The notes: generated by a model not told the origin, from the letters alone. Positions 38,750 through 48,300 are shown, numbered from the stretch's first letter. The stretch: DNA of 64,000 bases from an uncultured Candidatus Saccharibacteria bacterium (GCA_964444125.1 CAYUFB010000001.1:26053-90052), one strand, 5' to 3'. Made by a program: numbers and translations.

Positions 38750-40004
38750 ATGGAACAATTTAAGAGATTTTCATCAAATAGACGAAGTGGTAATTATGGC
38801 CATTCTAGAAATTCTTATCATACCGGCAATAGCCGAGGTAGAAGAAGAGGTGGAAACGGTAGTAGATACAATAAAGGACAGAGTATAGATATAAACAAAT
38901 TTATCAAAAAAGTAGAAGCAATCGCTCCTAATGATGAATATCAAAGTACTTTCAAATTTGCCGATCTTGCAGTCAATCAAATACTAAAAAATAATATTGA
39001 ACACAAGGGCTTTAGTGTACCAACACCTGTCCAAGATCAATCCATCCCTCACATTATGAAAGGGGAAGATTTATTGGGTATAGCAAATACCGGAACAGGC
39101 AAAACAGGGGCATTTTTGATACCGTTATTTCAGAAGATTATTAATAAAAGAAATGAAAAGGTTCTAATCATAGTCCCAACTAGGGAACTTGCAGAACAAA
39201 TTAATGATGAATTTCCCATCCTTTCTAGAAATTTAAGAATCTTTTCAGTAGCTTGTATCGGAGGTAATTATATCGGCAAACAGTTATATCAACTAAAAAA
39301 AGGCTACAATTTTGTCATAGGTACGCCTGGCAGATTGATTGATTTAAATAAAAGAGGAGAATTAAATATGGCTGGATTTTCTACTATCGTATTAGACGAA
39401 GTTGATAGAATGCTTGAGATGGGTTTTGTTGAAGACATTAAGTTTTTGATTGGACAGCTACCTCAAGAAAGACAGTCATTATTTTTCTCGGCAACTCTAA
39501 ATTCGAAGGTTGAAAATGTCATAAATCTATTGCTAAAAAAAAGAATACATAAAAGTATCAGTCAGAACTGGGGATACAGCACAAAATGTCAACCAAGATG
39601 TCATAAGATATAAGTCTAGTTCTGATAAATTAGATAAATTGATACAAGTATTAGGTAGAGAAGATATAAAGAAGGCGTTAATCTTTGCTAATACAAAGAG
39701 ATTTGTAGACAAGCTCGAAGAAATATTAACAGATAGAGGATACAATGTAGAATCAATACATGGAGATAAAAGACAGAGCCAAAGAAGAAGGTCTATCACA
39801 AATTTCAAATCAGGACTATCAAAGATATTAATAGCAACAGATGTTGCAGCAAGAGGACTAGATATCAGTGGAGTTTCCCATGTCTTAAACTATGATATTC
39901 CAGATAATTATGAGGACTATATTCATAGAATCGGTAGAACAGGTAGAGCCAATAACATGGGTTCAGCCCTGACTTTTGTAGAAAATAGTAATTTCAACGC
40001 CTAA
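38750..40004 (+). pseudogene. DEAD-box RNA helicase split by a +1 frameshift in an A8 run (39535-39542)
   Basis: Q motif, GTGKT, PTRELA, TPGR, DEVD, SAT in ORF1; ATDVAARGLD, HRIGRTGR in ORF2; removing one A fuses them. Confidence 0.85.
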
Positions 40005-40023
40005 AAGTTCATCAAAAGATATA

Positions 40024-40051
40024 AAAAGAGCCTTCATTCGAAGGCTCTTTT
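40024..40051. terminator. Bidirectional intrinsic terminator
   Basis: aaaagagccttc-attc-gaaggctctttt between convergent genes. Confidence 0.9.
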
Positions 40052-40068
40052 CTTTGTGATTTTTAAAT

Positions 40069-41832
40069 TTACAAACTAACTTGAATTTGGTTGGAGTAAA
40101 CACCACATTTACCTCCCAAATATTCGCATACTCTCACAAAATATGTACCACTTCCGTCAAATGCTTCAAGTGGATTAGATGAAGTTTGAGAAGGATTTGA
40201 AAAATATTGGTATTTGTCCCCAGATCTTGTTGGATAAGTAGGACCTGATGTTTTGGACCAAACTACTTTATATCCATTAGCTGAGTATCCAGCAACACTC
40301 CAGTTCACCACATTGCCAGAAGCTGATAAACTAATTGATGATACGCTTCCAGTTTGTGTTGTGGTTTTGACAGGGGCTGTGACTGTGATGTTATTACTAT
40401 AAACTCCGCAAGTACCATTACTTAAGTATTGGCATACTCTGAAGTGATAAGTCACTCCATCTGTGATATTCCATGTATAACTTCTTGTAGATCCGTTAGA
40501 CAGGTATGAATAGTTATTACCAGGATAGACAGGATTTGGACTTGTACTTTTGACTATCTTAAATCCTTTAGAAGTATCAATTCCAGATACATTCCAAGTC
40601 AGACTTACTCCACCATCAACTTTCACACCACTTAAAGTAATTCTTGCTGTAGGCGTTGGGGCTGGTGTTGGTTTAGCATTTCTATTAATAGTAATATTTC
40701 TGACTGTTGCATTTCCTGCTTGATCAGTTGAAACTACTTTGATCCCATTTGCTCCAAGATTTAGAGCTAAAGTATGACTAAATGAACCTTCAGTATTTGC
40801 GACATTTTCACCATTTACAGTAACTACTGCACCAATTTCTGTTGTTCCTGATACTATTACAGAATCATTTTCTGTAGATGAATTATCCGCTGGTTGGGCA
40901 ACTTCGAGTACTGGAGGAACTAAATCAAATAGTACACCCATCTGTCCCTTAAATTCTGCAATTTTCTCATCTTGATCTTTATTCCAAAGAACAAATTCAT
41001 CCTGACTAATCTGTTCAAGATCTATCGGCAATACTTGATTTGCTAAATCTGGATTGTTTTGATTTACAATATAATACTTGTTGCCTTGTTCAACTAATAT
41101 TTCATCAGTTTGGTCAATACCAATAATATTTACTTTGCTATGATAGACTTCTACACCAATTACTTCGGGTGTATTAACCGTTTTGTAGGCGGTTCCAAGG
41201 GACTTGAAGGTGATATCGTTCGTTAAGATATCAAACCCTCTCTCGGCTTTGACAACTCTTGCAAAAAGCTCCCCAGATTCATTTGAAACTTGTATGTGGT
41301 TTGGGTCAAGTTTGGCAAGTTTCAATTCAGAATTACTGTTAAGTCTTAAAGAGCTTCCATCATCAAGATTGACGATCGCTTTGCCTTCTCCGATTACTCT
41401 GACGAAGCTGCCTTCTTTAAGTACGATATTATCTTGTGCTTGTATCCAGCCTCCATCTAAAGAAGCTTTATATTCTACCTTGCCTTCTGTGTAGGCGATT
41501 TCTCCGGCAAGATTAGAGTTATTGGCTCTTTCTTCTTTTGGATTAACAATTAAGTACAAGACGGGAACAGAAAGGATTAGGATTAATCCTGCGATTAGCC
41601 CAAATTTGAAGATGGGCTTGGCAAACATTGACTTCTTTGTCATTTGCTTATTTTGATAATTTAAATAGCTTGAAGATACCTCCTGTTTGATCCTTGTCTT
41701 TGCATTCTGCAATTCATTTGGATCTAGTTGTATCCTCCCTTTTGCAAAGAAAGAATCCGCGTATTCTTTTTTGACTTTGCCAGTTTTTTGCATGCTATTT
41801 AATATATCTAAAATAATGTTAAAAAATTTCAT
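40069..41832 (-). CDS. Putative anti-sigma factor: TM, FecR-like domain, Ig-like domain, two FN3-like repeats
   Basis: LDDGSSLRL FecR motif, DQAGN, duplicated RVC.YL..CGVYSN domain; overlaps the ECF stop. Confidence 0.8.
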   Translation of the reverse strand: MKFFNIILDILNSMQKTGKVKKEYADSFFAKGRIQLDPNELQNAKTRIKQEVSSSYLNYQNKQMTKKSMFAKPIFKFGLIAGLILILSVPVLYLIVNPKEERANNSNLAGEIAYTEGKVEYKASLDGGWIQAQDNIVLKEGSFVRVIGEGKAIVNLDDGSSLRLNSNSELKLAKLDPNHIQVSNESGELFARVVKAERGFDILTNDITFKSLGTAYKTVNTPEVIGVEVYHSKVNIIGIDQTDEILVEQGNKYYIVNQNNPDLANQVLPIDLEQISQDEFVLWNKDQDEKIAEFKGQMGVLFDLVPPVLEVAQPADNSSTENDSVIVSGTTEIGAVVTVNGENVANTEGSFSHTLALNLGANGIKVVSTDQAGNATVRNITINRNAKPTPAPTPTARITLSGVKVDGGVSLTWNVSGIDTSKGFKIVKSTSPNPVYPGNNYSYLSNGSTRSYTWNITDGVTYHFRVCQYLSNGTCGVYSNNITVTAPVKTTTQTGSVSSISLSASGNVVNWSVAGYSANGYKVVWSKTSGPTYPTRSGDKYQYFSNPSQTSSNPLEAFDGSGTYFVRVCEYLGGKCGVYSNQIQVSL

Positions 41833-42382
41833 TATCTTTATAAATTTTCTTGTATTTTTTCTCAAAACTTTTCGTCGCTCTGAAAACAAGTACTGCTACT
41901 TTGGATGGTTTGATGTCAAGAATTGTGGCAATTTCTTGATTATCATATTCAAGCAAGTATTTCATTGTAAGGATCTCTTGATAGTTTTTCTTGATTTTCA
42001 AAAGGACAAATGCAATTTTGTTGTGCATTTCGGCTTTTATTGTCTCGTCCTCTGGCAAACCTTCTTCACTTTTTATATTAGCTATTGATTCTTCAAATGA
42101 GACAATCCTGTTTTGTTGTTTGTAGTAATCAACAATTTTATTGTTAGTAACTCTATAGAGCCATGATCCAAATCTGGCATTTTTTTTGTAACTAAACTTG
42201 TGTAATCCTTCAATTGCCGCTACAAATACTTGTGCGACGATATCTTCTGCAACTTCCTTTTGATGGGTTCTATTGATGCAAAAACTGTATATCTTAGGAA
42301 AATAGTACTCGTAAAGTTGATCAAATGAGTGGATATCGTCTTTGGCTAGTTCTACAAGTTTTTTCTCAGCTTCAATTTCCAT
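41819..42382 (-). CDS. ECF sigma factor
   Basis: FDQLY, AEDIVAQVF, FGSWLYR, region 4 EIATIL. Confidence 0.95.
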   Translation of the reverse strand: MEIEAEKKLVELAKDDIHSFDQLYEYYFPKIYSFCINRTHQKEVAEDIVAQVFVAAIEGLHKFSYKKNARFGSWLYRVTNNKIVDYYKQQNRIVSFEESIANIKSEEGLPEDETIKAEMHNKIAFVLLKIKKNYQEILTMKYLLEYDNQEIATILDIKPSKVAVLVFRATKSFEKKYKKIYKDNEIF

Positions 42383-42385
42383 ATG

Positions 42386-43966
42386 TTATTCTGTGACTAC
42401 TTCTGGGGTAATAATTATCTTTATATCCTCTTTGTAATTTGATTGAGTCATGCCATAGTTAGCAGGATCTTCGATAATTTTTGTGGCACCAAAATATTCT
42501 GCTAGATATTTTGTAGTACCGCTTTTGGCGCCCCCTGTCATATCTACAATAATTACTCCTTGTGATTCAGTCGCTTTTTTCTCTGTGATCATTACAAGAT
42601 TATTCGTTGTCACCGGCAGTTTGTTTGATTGAATATCATTACGGAACAGGATTGCCTTGTCAGTATTGTTATACGATCTACCAATTTGATTGATTACAAG
42701 AATTTTCGCATTCTCATCATATAGTTTTGGATATTCCCAGATCAAATCTAAATAATTTTGTGCTGTCTTAAATGTGTTATCTTTAAATTTGATCATATAC
42801 CCACCGGTTTCTTCTGTAGGAGGATGGAATATGATTTGATTAAGTCCTCCAAAATTTGGATCGAAAATTATGTTTATTGGATTGGTATCGGCACTTGATG
42901 CAAGAGACAATCCTGCAAATATTTCTTCCAGGCCGATATTTGCCTCAACATTTTTGTTTATACTTTGTAGTATATTCCAATACTTCTTGGCTTTATCAAG
43001 TGTTGAGCCATCTTCGTTAAGAGCTTTTTCCTTAAGCGCATCAAGCACTTGCTGTTGTCTTTCTCCACGACTGAAATCACTTGCATAATTCATATCTCCT
43101 TTGACTACTTGTCTAAATCTAGCCCATACAAGAGCATGTTCTCCGTCCATTTCCTGAATGCCTGGCTCAAAATCATAATACAACCATTCTGTATTTGGTT
43201 TGCCATTTTTGCCTGGATAGTCATTTGGATATCGAACCCTAAGGGAAGTTGGGACATCGATTGTGATCCCTCCTACAGCATTTACCCCATCCTCAACTCC
43301 TTTTAGTTTCACGATCACTCTGTATTGAATCTTTTTGCCAATTATCCTTTCAACATTTTCTTCAAGCAAATCAAAACCATCTTCTACATCATTCCGGGCT
43401 TCTCCAGTTGCATATATTGCATTGATTTTGGCATAAAATGGGCCTTTTGAATTGACATAATAGGGTACATACAAATCACGTGGGAGAGATATCAGTGTGG
43501 TTTTTTTCGTTTCGTGATCAAATAATGCCACCATTATTGAATCTGTATTCATCAATCCATCGTGTGCAGAACCTTCGGCTCTACTATCAAGACCTACAAT
43601 TAGAACACCTGTTACATTATTATCTTGCTCAAGTTTTGGGCTAAGTGCCTCTCCCCAACACTTTGGGTTTAAAATATTGTCACAAACCTGAACTTTCTCG
43701 CCTGAAGAATTATTCTCTACTTTGGATTTATTAAATTCTTGAAGTCTTTCCCATCTTCCATATACTTTATATCCTCCAAAGCATGCCGTAACAAGTATTA
43801 ATAATATTATAAATCTCTTCAATATCTTAGTTCTATTGGATTTTTTCTTTTCTTTGGTATTGATTTCGTTTAGTTCTTCGATCCTGTTTTTGGAACTTGA
43901 GGTCTTTGTAGATTTTCTTGCAGGCTTTTTTTTATTGGATTTGATTTCAACTCTGAGGTTTTTCAT
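42386..43966 (-). CDS. LCP (LytR-CpsA-Psr) family protein
   Basis: GLDSR, TDSIMV, SLPRDL, ARFR, DFSRGERQQ. Confidence 0.93.
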   Translation of the reverse strand: MKNLRVEIKSNKKKPARKSTKTSSSKNRIEELNEINTKEKKKSNRTKILKRFIILLILVTACFGGYKVYGRWERLQEFNKSKVENNSSGEKVQVCDNILNPKCWGEALSPKLEQDNNVTGVLIVGLDSRAEGSAHDGLMNTDSIMVALFDHETKKTTLISLPRDLYVPYYVNSKGPFYAKINAIYATGEARNDVEDGFDLLEENVERIIGKKIQYRVIVKLKGVEDGVNAVGGITIDVPTSLRVRYPNDYPGKNGKPNTEWLYYDFEPGIQEMDGEHALVWARFRQVVKGDMNYASDFSRGERQQQVLDALKEKALNEDGSTLDKAKKYWNILQSINKNVEANIGLEEIFAGLSLASSADTNPINIIFDPNFGGLNQIIFHPPTEETGGYMIKFKDNTFKTAQNYLDLIWEYPKLYDENAKILVINQIGRSYNNTDKAILFRNDIQSNKLPVTTNNLVMITEKKATESQGVIIVDMTGGAKSGTTKYLAEYFGATKIIEDPANYGMTQSNYKEDIKIIITPEVVTE

Positions 43967-44364
43967 GAAATTTTGGCATCTAATGAAATATTTACTAATT
44001 TGTCAGCGAATTTGTTTTTGGCCCTCTCTATGTGTACAAATTTAGTTTTTGAAGTGACTAATTTTTTTATATCACTAAAAAGTGGCTTTAATCCTTCATT
44101 TTTGATTTTATACTCTCCATTTAGTTGTTTAACGACGAGTTCACTATCTAAGTGGCAAATTAATTCTTCATTCGGGTGATTTTTGTGAACATATTTCAAT
44201 CCCTCAAAGAGTGCCATGTACTCTGCAATATTATTTGTGGCTTCTCCGATGTATTTGCTCTCGAACCACAATAAATTGTTATTGTTATCGAATAGTATAA
44301 ATCCAATACCAGAAGGTCCTGGATTGCCTCTTGCTCCACCATCTGAAAAAAGTTTCAAACTCAT
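43963..44364 (-). CDS. rnhA: Ribonuclease HI family protein
   Basis: DGGARGNPG, TNNIAEY, DSELVVKQ, N..AD. Confidence 0.92.
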   Translation of the reverse strand: MSLKLFSDGGARGNPGPSGIGFILFDNNNNLLWFESKYIGEATNNIAEYMALFEGLKYVHKNHPNEELICHLDSELVVKQLNGEYKIKNEGLKPLFSDIKKLVTSKTKFVHIERAKNKFADKLVNISLDAKIS

Positions 44365-44481
44365 AATGATTTAATCAAAAATAACTTTTCATTATATGTT
44401 TCAACTTTGTCTTTGGCAAATATTAGAAGAAATTTAGGAAATGTTATATACTAGGCAAATTAAAATATTATAAATATTTCC

Positions 44482-44958
44482 ATGGCAGATAAGACAAAAG
44501 TAGATGAAAAAGAAATTGAAGAAAAAATAGAGGTCGTTGAAGAAGATTTACCTCATGAAGAAAGTGAAACTGAAGAAACTATTGAAGAGACAAAAGTTGA
44601 CTCATCGAATTTCGTTGATGATGTGGATACTGGAGATAAGCTTGGGGAGTACTTCCAAATTAAAGATCAATTAAGAACATTACGTGGAGATCTTAGGGAT
44701 TTGAAAGAGGAGCACAAAGATTATGCAGAGTTGGATGAACTTACTAAACAGATCAAAGTATTGAGAGAAAATATAAAAAATGATGAAAATATTAGAATCG
44801 TGCAGGAAAAAATTGCTGATTTGAAAGAAAGACAAGAGTTGCTTAAGGAGATTATCAAAGTAGAGATGAAGGAGACTGATCAAACTGAGGTTAAGATGAA
44901 TGGTAGGAAGTTGAAGTTGATAGATATTTTGAAGGAAATGAAAGACGAAGGAAATTAA
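44482..44958 (+). CDS. Acidic coiled-coil hypothetical protein
   Basis: 158 aa E/K-rich heptad pattern. Confidence 0.8.
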   Translation: MADKTKVDEKEIEEKIEVVEEDLPHEESETEETIEETKVDSSNFVDDVDTGDKLGEYFQIKDQLRTLRGDLRDLKEEHKDYAELDELTKQIKVLRENIKNDENIRIVQEKIADLKERQELLKEIIKVEMKETDQTEVKMNGRKLKLIDILKEMKDEGN

Positions 44959-44997
44959 GATAAGCCCTAGAATTGATTATATTTATTTAACATGTAG

Positions 44998-45147
44998 ATG
45001 AAGAAATATTTCGTGATTTCGTTACTGATTCTTCTTATAACTTATAGTGTGGTGACTTTGTTCATGCTGGTTATAACTCAGTTGGAAAAGAATAATACTA
45101 ATTTAGTAGACTATCAAAACTTAGTAAGTGATGATACTAGTCAATAA
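44998..45147 (+). CDS. Small single-TM protein (49 aa; absent from the ORF track)
   Basis: MKKYFVISLLILLITYSVVTLFMLVITQLEKNN... Confidence 0.55.
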   Translation: MKKYFVISLLILLITYSVVTLFMLVITQLEKNNTNLVDYQNLVSDDTSQ

Positions 45148-45223
45148 TTTGATTAACTCCAATTTGCTTGTATCTTTATAAGAATTCCTCTGTTGACTTT
45201 CGTGGTATTTCCCAACAATTAAC

Positions 45224-45838
45224 TTACAGATTAAATTGTTTAGTTTTGATTATATGTGTGTTTCCTTTAATATTATTTGAGAGCAATAATACTTCTGAAT
45301 TGCCAAAATGGAAGGATCTCAGTACTTCTTGCCAATCAATATTGTAGTAAGCTGCGTAAATCATTTTGCCAATATCTCCGTGTGTTACTAATAGAATATT
45401 GCCAGAGCTATGTCTATTTTGCATGTCATCTAAGATCGATTGCCCGCGCATAACTAATTCCGGGAATGTCTCGGCACCATCTGTTTCAAGGAAGTATGTA
45501 ATTGTGTCAGTTTTAAAGATCTTGGGGCTACAAATTTTCTCAATATCAGAAATCTTCTGTCCCGTCATGGAACCAAAATTGCGTTCAATAAGGCTTGGGT
45601 ATATTTTTGGAGCGGGGCTATTCAGCTTATTGGTAATAATTTCAGCAGTTTTATATGCACGCTTGAGTGGTGAAGTATATACAATATCAAAGTGTATGCC
45701 CAATTTGGATATTTCTTTCGCAGCATTTTCTGCTTGCAAGATTCCCATTTTGGTTAATAAGGTATCTCTATGACCGTTTAAGATCCCATCGATATTATCT
45801 TCATCTTGTCCGTGTCTACATAAGTAGATGTTTAGCAT
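45224..45838 (-). CDS. Histidine phosphatase family protein
   Basis: RHG, SPLKRA, ERNFG, VTHG. Confidence 0.93.
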   Translation of the reverse strand: MLNIYLCRHGQDEDNIDGILNGHRDTLLTKMGILQAENAAKEISKLGIHFDIVYTSPLKRAYKTAEIITNKLNSPAPKIYPSLIERNFGSMTGQKISDIEKICSPKIFKTDTITYFLETDGAETFPELVMRGQSILDDMQNRHSSGNILLVTHGDIGKMIYAAYYNIDWQEVLRSFHFGNSEVLLLSNNIKGNTHIIKTKQFNL

Positions 45839-45889
45839 AGATTTAGTATTTAAGTTCTTTTGATGATAATTCAGTTGGGTGGAGTTGTC

Positions 45890-45919
45890 AAAAAAAGAGG
45901 CACAAAAATAAGTGCCTCT
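45890..45919 (-). terminator. Intrinsic terminator
   Basis: agaggcac-ttattttt-gtgcctct followed by a T tract. Confidence 0.8.
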
Positions 45920-45942
45920 AGAAAAATCAAAACTTTAGAAAT

Positions 45943-46788
45943 TTACATATTCCCTTGTTGTCCAGAAGTCCCCTGCTGGTTTATCTGGTTAGTATTTTGA
46001 TTGGTTTCTTGCTCTTTCTCTTGGTTATATTGCGTGCCATCGTTTTGATTTTGATTGCTTTCATTTTCTACATTTTGAAGATTCACTCCTGTTCCTGCTT
46101 CGAAATTTTTGAGCTGATTGCCTGTCTGTTCAAAGTACTTATTTTGTATTTGTTCTAAATTATCTGAGTTTGATTGATCCCCTTTGGATTGAAGATTTGT
46201 TTGTATTTTCTCTAATGTCTGTTCATGAATTTGAACTTTTTCCTGTAATTGTTCCATAACTATTTGTTGCTCTTGAGTTTGAAGTTTATCTTCAAGTCTA
46301 AGTTGATCCATTTCCTGTAGTCTTTCTTGAAGTCTTATTTGTTGTGCTTCAACTTCTGATATTGACTCTGATAATGCATCTAAATTGTCTCCCTCACTTA
46401 ATTCTTCTAGTTCTGCTACTCTTTCATCCATTATGGATAATTCTAGTTCTGCTTTTGCAACGGGATCTGTTGTTATGGCTCTTTGTATACTTTCTATACT
46501 TTTGTCCAAACCATAAAGTAGATCTCCTGGAACAGCCTGATCAGAAGCATAGGCGCTACCAGCACCAGCAAAAAGAATAGTAGTAATAATTCCTACTATT
46601 GCTAACGTTTTGAGTCTTGTACTCATATTAGACAGTTTTAAAAAATAAAATATGTCTGTTAACCTATTACGTTTTTTTCCGTAATTGGTTACAAGAATAT
46701 CAAAGCTTTTGATCGTGCGTTCCTCCCAGTGCTTACTTGGCTTTGGTTTTATTTGTTTTAATTGTTTTACTAATTCATCTTCATTCAT
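45943..46788 (-). CDS. DUF5667-containing putative anti-sigma factor with Q/N-rich tail
   Basis: AVPGDLLYGLD..IE, ERVAE; TM; overlaps the ECF stop. Confidence 0.8.
   Translation of the reverse strand: MNEDELVKQLKQIKPKPSKHWEERTIKSFDILVTNYGKKRNRLTDIFYFLKLSNMSTRLKTLAIVGIITTILFAGAGSAYASDQAVPGDLLYGLDKSIESIQRAITTDPVAKAELELSIMDERVAELEELSEGDNLDALSESISEVEAQQIRLQERLQEMDQLRLEDKLQTQEQQIVMEQLQEKVQIHEQTLEKIQTNLQSKGDQSNSDNLEQIQNKYFEQTGNQLKNFEAGTGVNLQNVENESNQNQNDGTQYNQEKEQETNQNTNQINQQGTSGQQGNM
46666..46692 (-). promoter_or_regulatory. Internal ECF-type promoter GTAACC-N15-CGTAAT
   Basis: Same hexamers and spacing as 47306-47332; in-frame ATG at 46626. Confidence 0.7.
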
Positions 46789-47299
46789 TTTTGTTATTGA
46801 CTATTTTTCTTAAATTTTTTATTGCCCGATAAATTGCAACTTTTGTCGCAATCTTATTTTTATTAATAATTGTAGCAATTTCATTAATTTCAAGTTCTTC
46901 TATATATCTTAATATGATTATTTCTTTTTCATTTGGTCTCAATTTGTCTAGACAAATAAGAATTTGTTTAATCATTATTTCTTTGTCTAAATCTATTGTA
47001 TGATCAATGATGTCTTGATTAATTAGATCATTATAACTACTAGTATTGTTTTTGGCTTTTCTATATACATCAATTAAATGGTTTCTAGCGATCGAGTAAA
47101 TCCAATTTTTAAGTGTTGATCTTTTTGCATTAAATAGCGATTTTTTTTCCCATGCTTTCAAAAAAATATCCTGAGTGATGTCTTCTGCTATCTCTTTTTG
47201 ATAGCCAATATGTAAATAAACGTATCTATAGATTGGTTCATTCAATGACAAAAATAACTTTTTTAAATCATCAATTGTTTCTAATTTATTTACATCCAT
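46781..47299 (-). CDS. ECF sigma factor
   Basis: AEDITQDIFLKAW, WIYSIARN, EIATII. Confidence 0.95.
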   Translation of the reverse strand: MDVNKLETIDDLKKLFLSLNEPIYRYVYLHIGYQKEIAEDITQDIFLKAWEKKSLFNAKRSTLKNWIYSIARNHLIDVYRKAKNNTSSYNDLINQDIIDHTIDLDKEIMIKQILICLDKLRPNEKEIIILRYIEELEINEIATIINKNKIATKVAIYRAIKNLRKIVNNKNE

Positions 47300-47305
47300 A
47301 AGATC

Positions 47306-47332
47306 ATTACGTTGTATCTATGATTTGGTTAC
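47306..47332 (-). promoter_or_regulatory. Autoregulatory ECF promoter GTAACC-N15-CGTAAT (likely leaderless)
   Basis: AAC/CGT-type motif ending 6 nt upstream of the sigma ATG. Confidence 0.75.
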
Positions 47333-47418
47333 TTCGATTAAAAAATCAGTACATAATTTATAATAACTCTATTTGTATTAGAAATAAAGAGTTATAGAAT
47401 AATTGAGGATGACGATAT

Positions 47419-47629
47419 GGAAGTTGCGATGTGAGACGTGCGGGATATAAATTTCTCATCAACTCCCGACATACCATGAATTGAATAAAATTCTAATTCA
47501 TGGTTGCGGGACCATGCCAGATAATAAACTATTATTTGTTAGATAAATGCGGGACCTGCCTTCATTCTCACTGCGTTCGAATTTCGTCAGGTTCTCGCCA
47601 ACTTCACGATTCGCTTGGCTCATCGGAAG
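47419..47629. repeat. Hairpin modules with repeated copies of the tRNA-Gln end (TGCGGGA)
   Basis: TGCGGGA at 47439, 47505, 47548; TGCGGGACCTG...CAGGTTCTCGCCA at 47548-47600. Confidence 0.7.
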
Positions 47630-47700
47630 TTGCGGGACTAGGATTCGAACCTAGATACACGGCTTCAGAGGCTGTTGTCCTACCATTAGACGATCCCGCA
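47630..47700 (-). tRNA. tRNA-Gln(CTG)
   Basis: Reverse complement TGCGGGATCGTCTAATGGTAGGAC, ACAGC-CTCTGAA-GCCGT, GGTTCGAATCC. Confidence 0.96.
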
Positions 47701-48211
47701 ACACTTAGCGAACGCAAGTGAGCGTTAGTGTTGGCGAGGATGCCCGAATGGGTATCCCGCATTCACAAAATTTCACTTAGTGCGCTCTATTCTTGGCGAG
47801 GACCTGACGAATCCCGTTCTACGGGAGTAGGCAGGTCACGCAACAAATATATCTTTTAAAATAACAACGTTAGTATATCAGTATTTCGTAAATGCTATTT
47901 TTTATTATCTTCAATTATTTAGTTTATCATCCTACCATTATCCCGTAAAAGCTCGCTTCGCTCATTTTACGGGACTAAGGTGCTCTAAGCTTCTGGCTCA
48001 TTTCACTCGCCATCAGCAAGACCACCGTTAGGACGATCCCGCAACACTTAGCGAACGTAAGTGAGCGTTAGTGTTGGCGAGGATGCCCGAATGGGTATCC
48101 CGCATTCACAAAAATTTCACTTAGCGAGCTCTATCCTTGGCGAGGACCTGACGAATCACGTTCTACGGGAGAAGGCAGGTCACGCAACAAATATTATCTT
48201 TTAAAATAACA
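47689..48211. repeat. About 180 bp direct repeat (47689-47866 and 48032-48211) of the tRNA-Gln leader and 5' end
   Basis: Near-identical copies; each preceded on the minus strand by an extended -10 (TGATATACT, TGGTATAAT). Confidence 0.95.
47930..48043 (-). pseudogene. 5' fragment of tRNA-Gln interrupted by a 91 bp hairpin insertion
   Basis: TCCTACCATTA (47930-47940) and GACGATCCCGCA (48032-48043) are contiguous in the intact tRNA. Confidence 0.75.
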
Positions 48212-48300
48212 TGCCAATTATACCAAAAAAGATATTAGTTTTTACTTATATGCTATTAATTTTGCAACAAATATGAAATTTGTAGTATGCTGTAGGCATT

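Noticed and set aside
41640-41832. Internal GTAACC/CGTAAT promoter in the FecR-type anti-sigma gene
   Set aside because: Looked for it by analogy with the DUF5667 locus and found no matching motif
47500-47721. 73-aa ORF
   Set aside because: Antisense read-through of tRNA-Gln and its flanking repeats
47930-48043. Intron-containing second tRNA-Gln
   Set aside because: Anticodon arm, T arm and 3' acceptor strand are missing, and the insert has no group I/II or BHB features I can recognise
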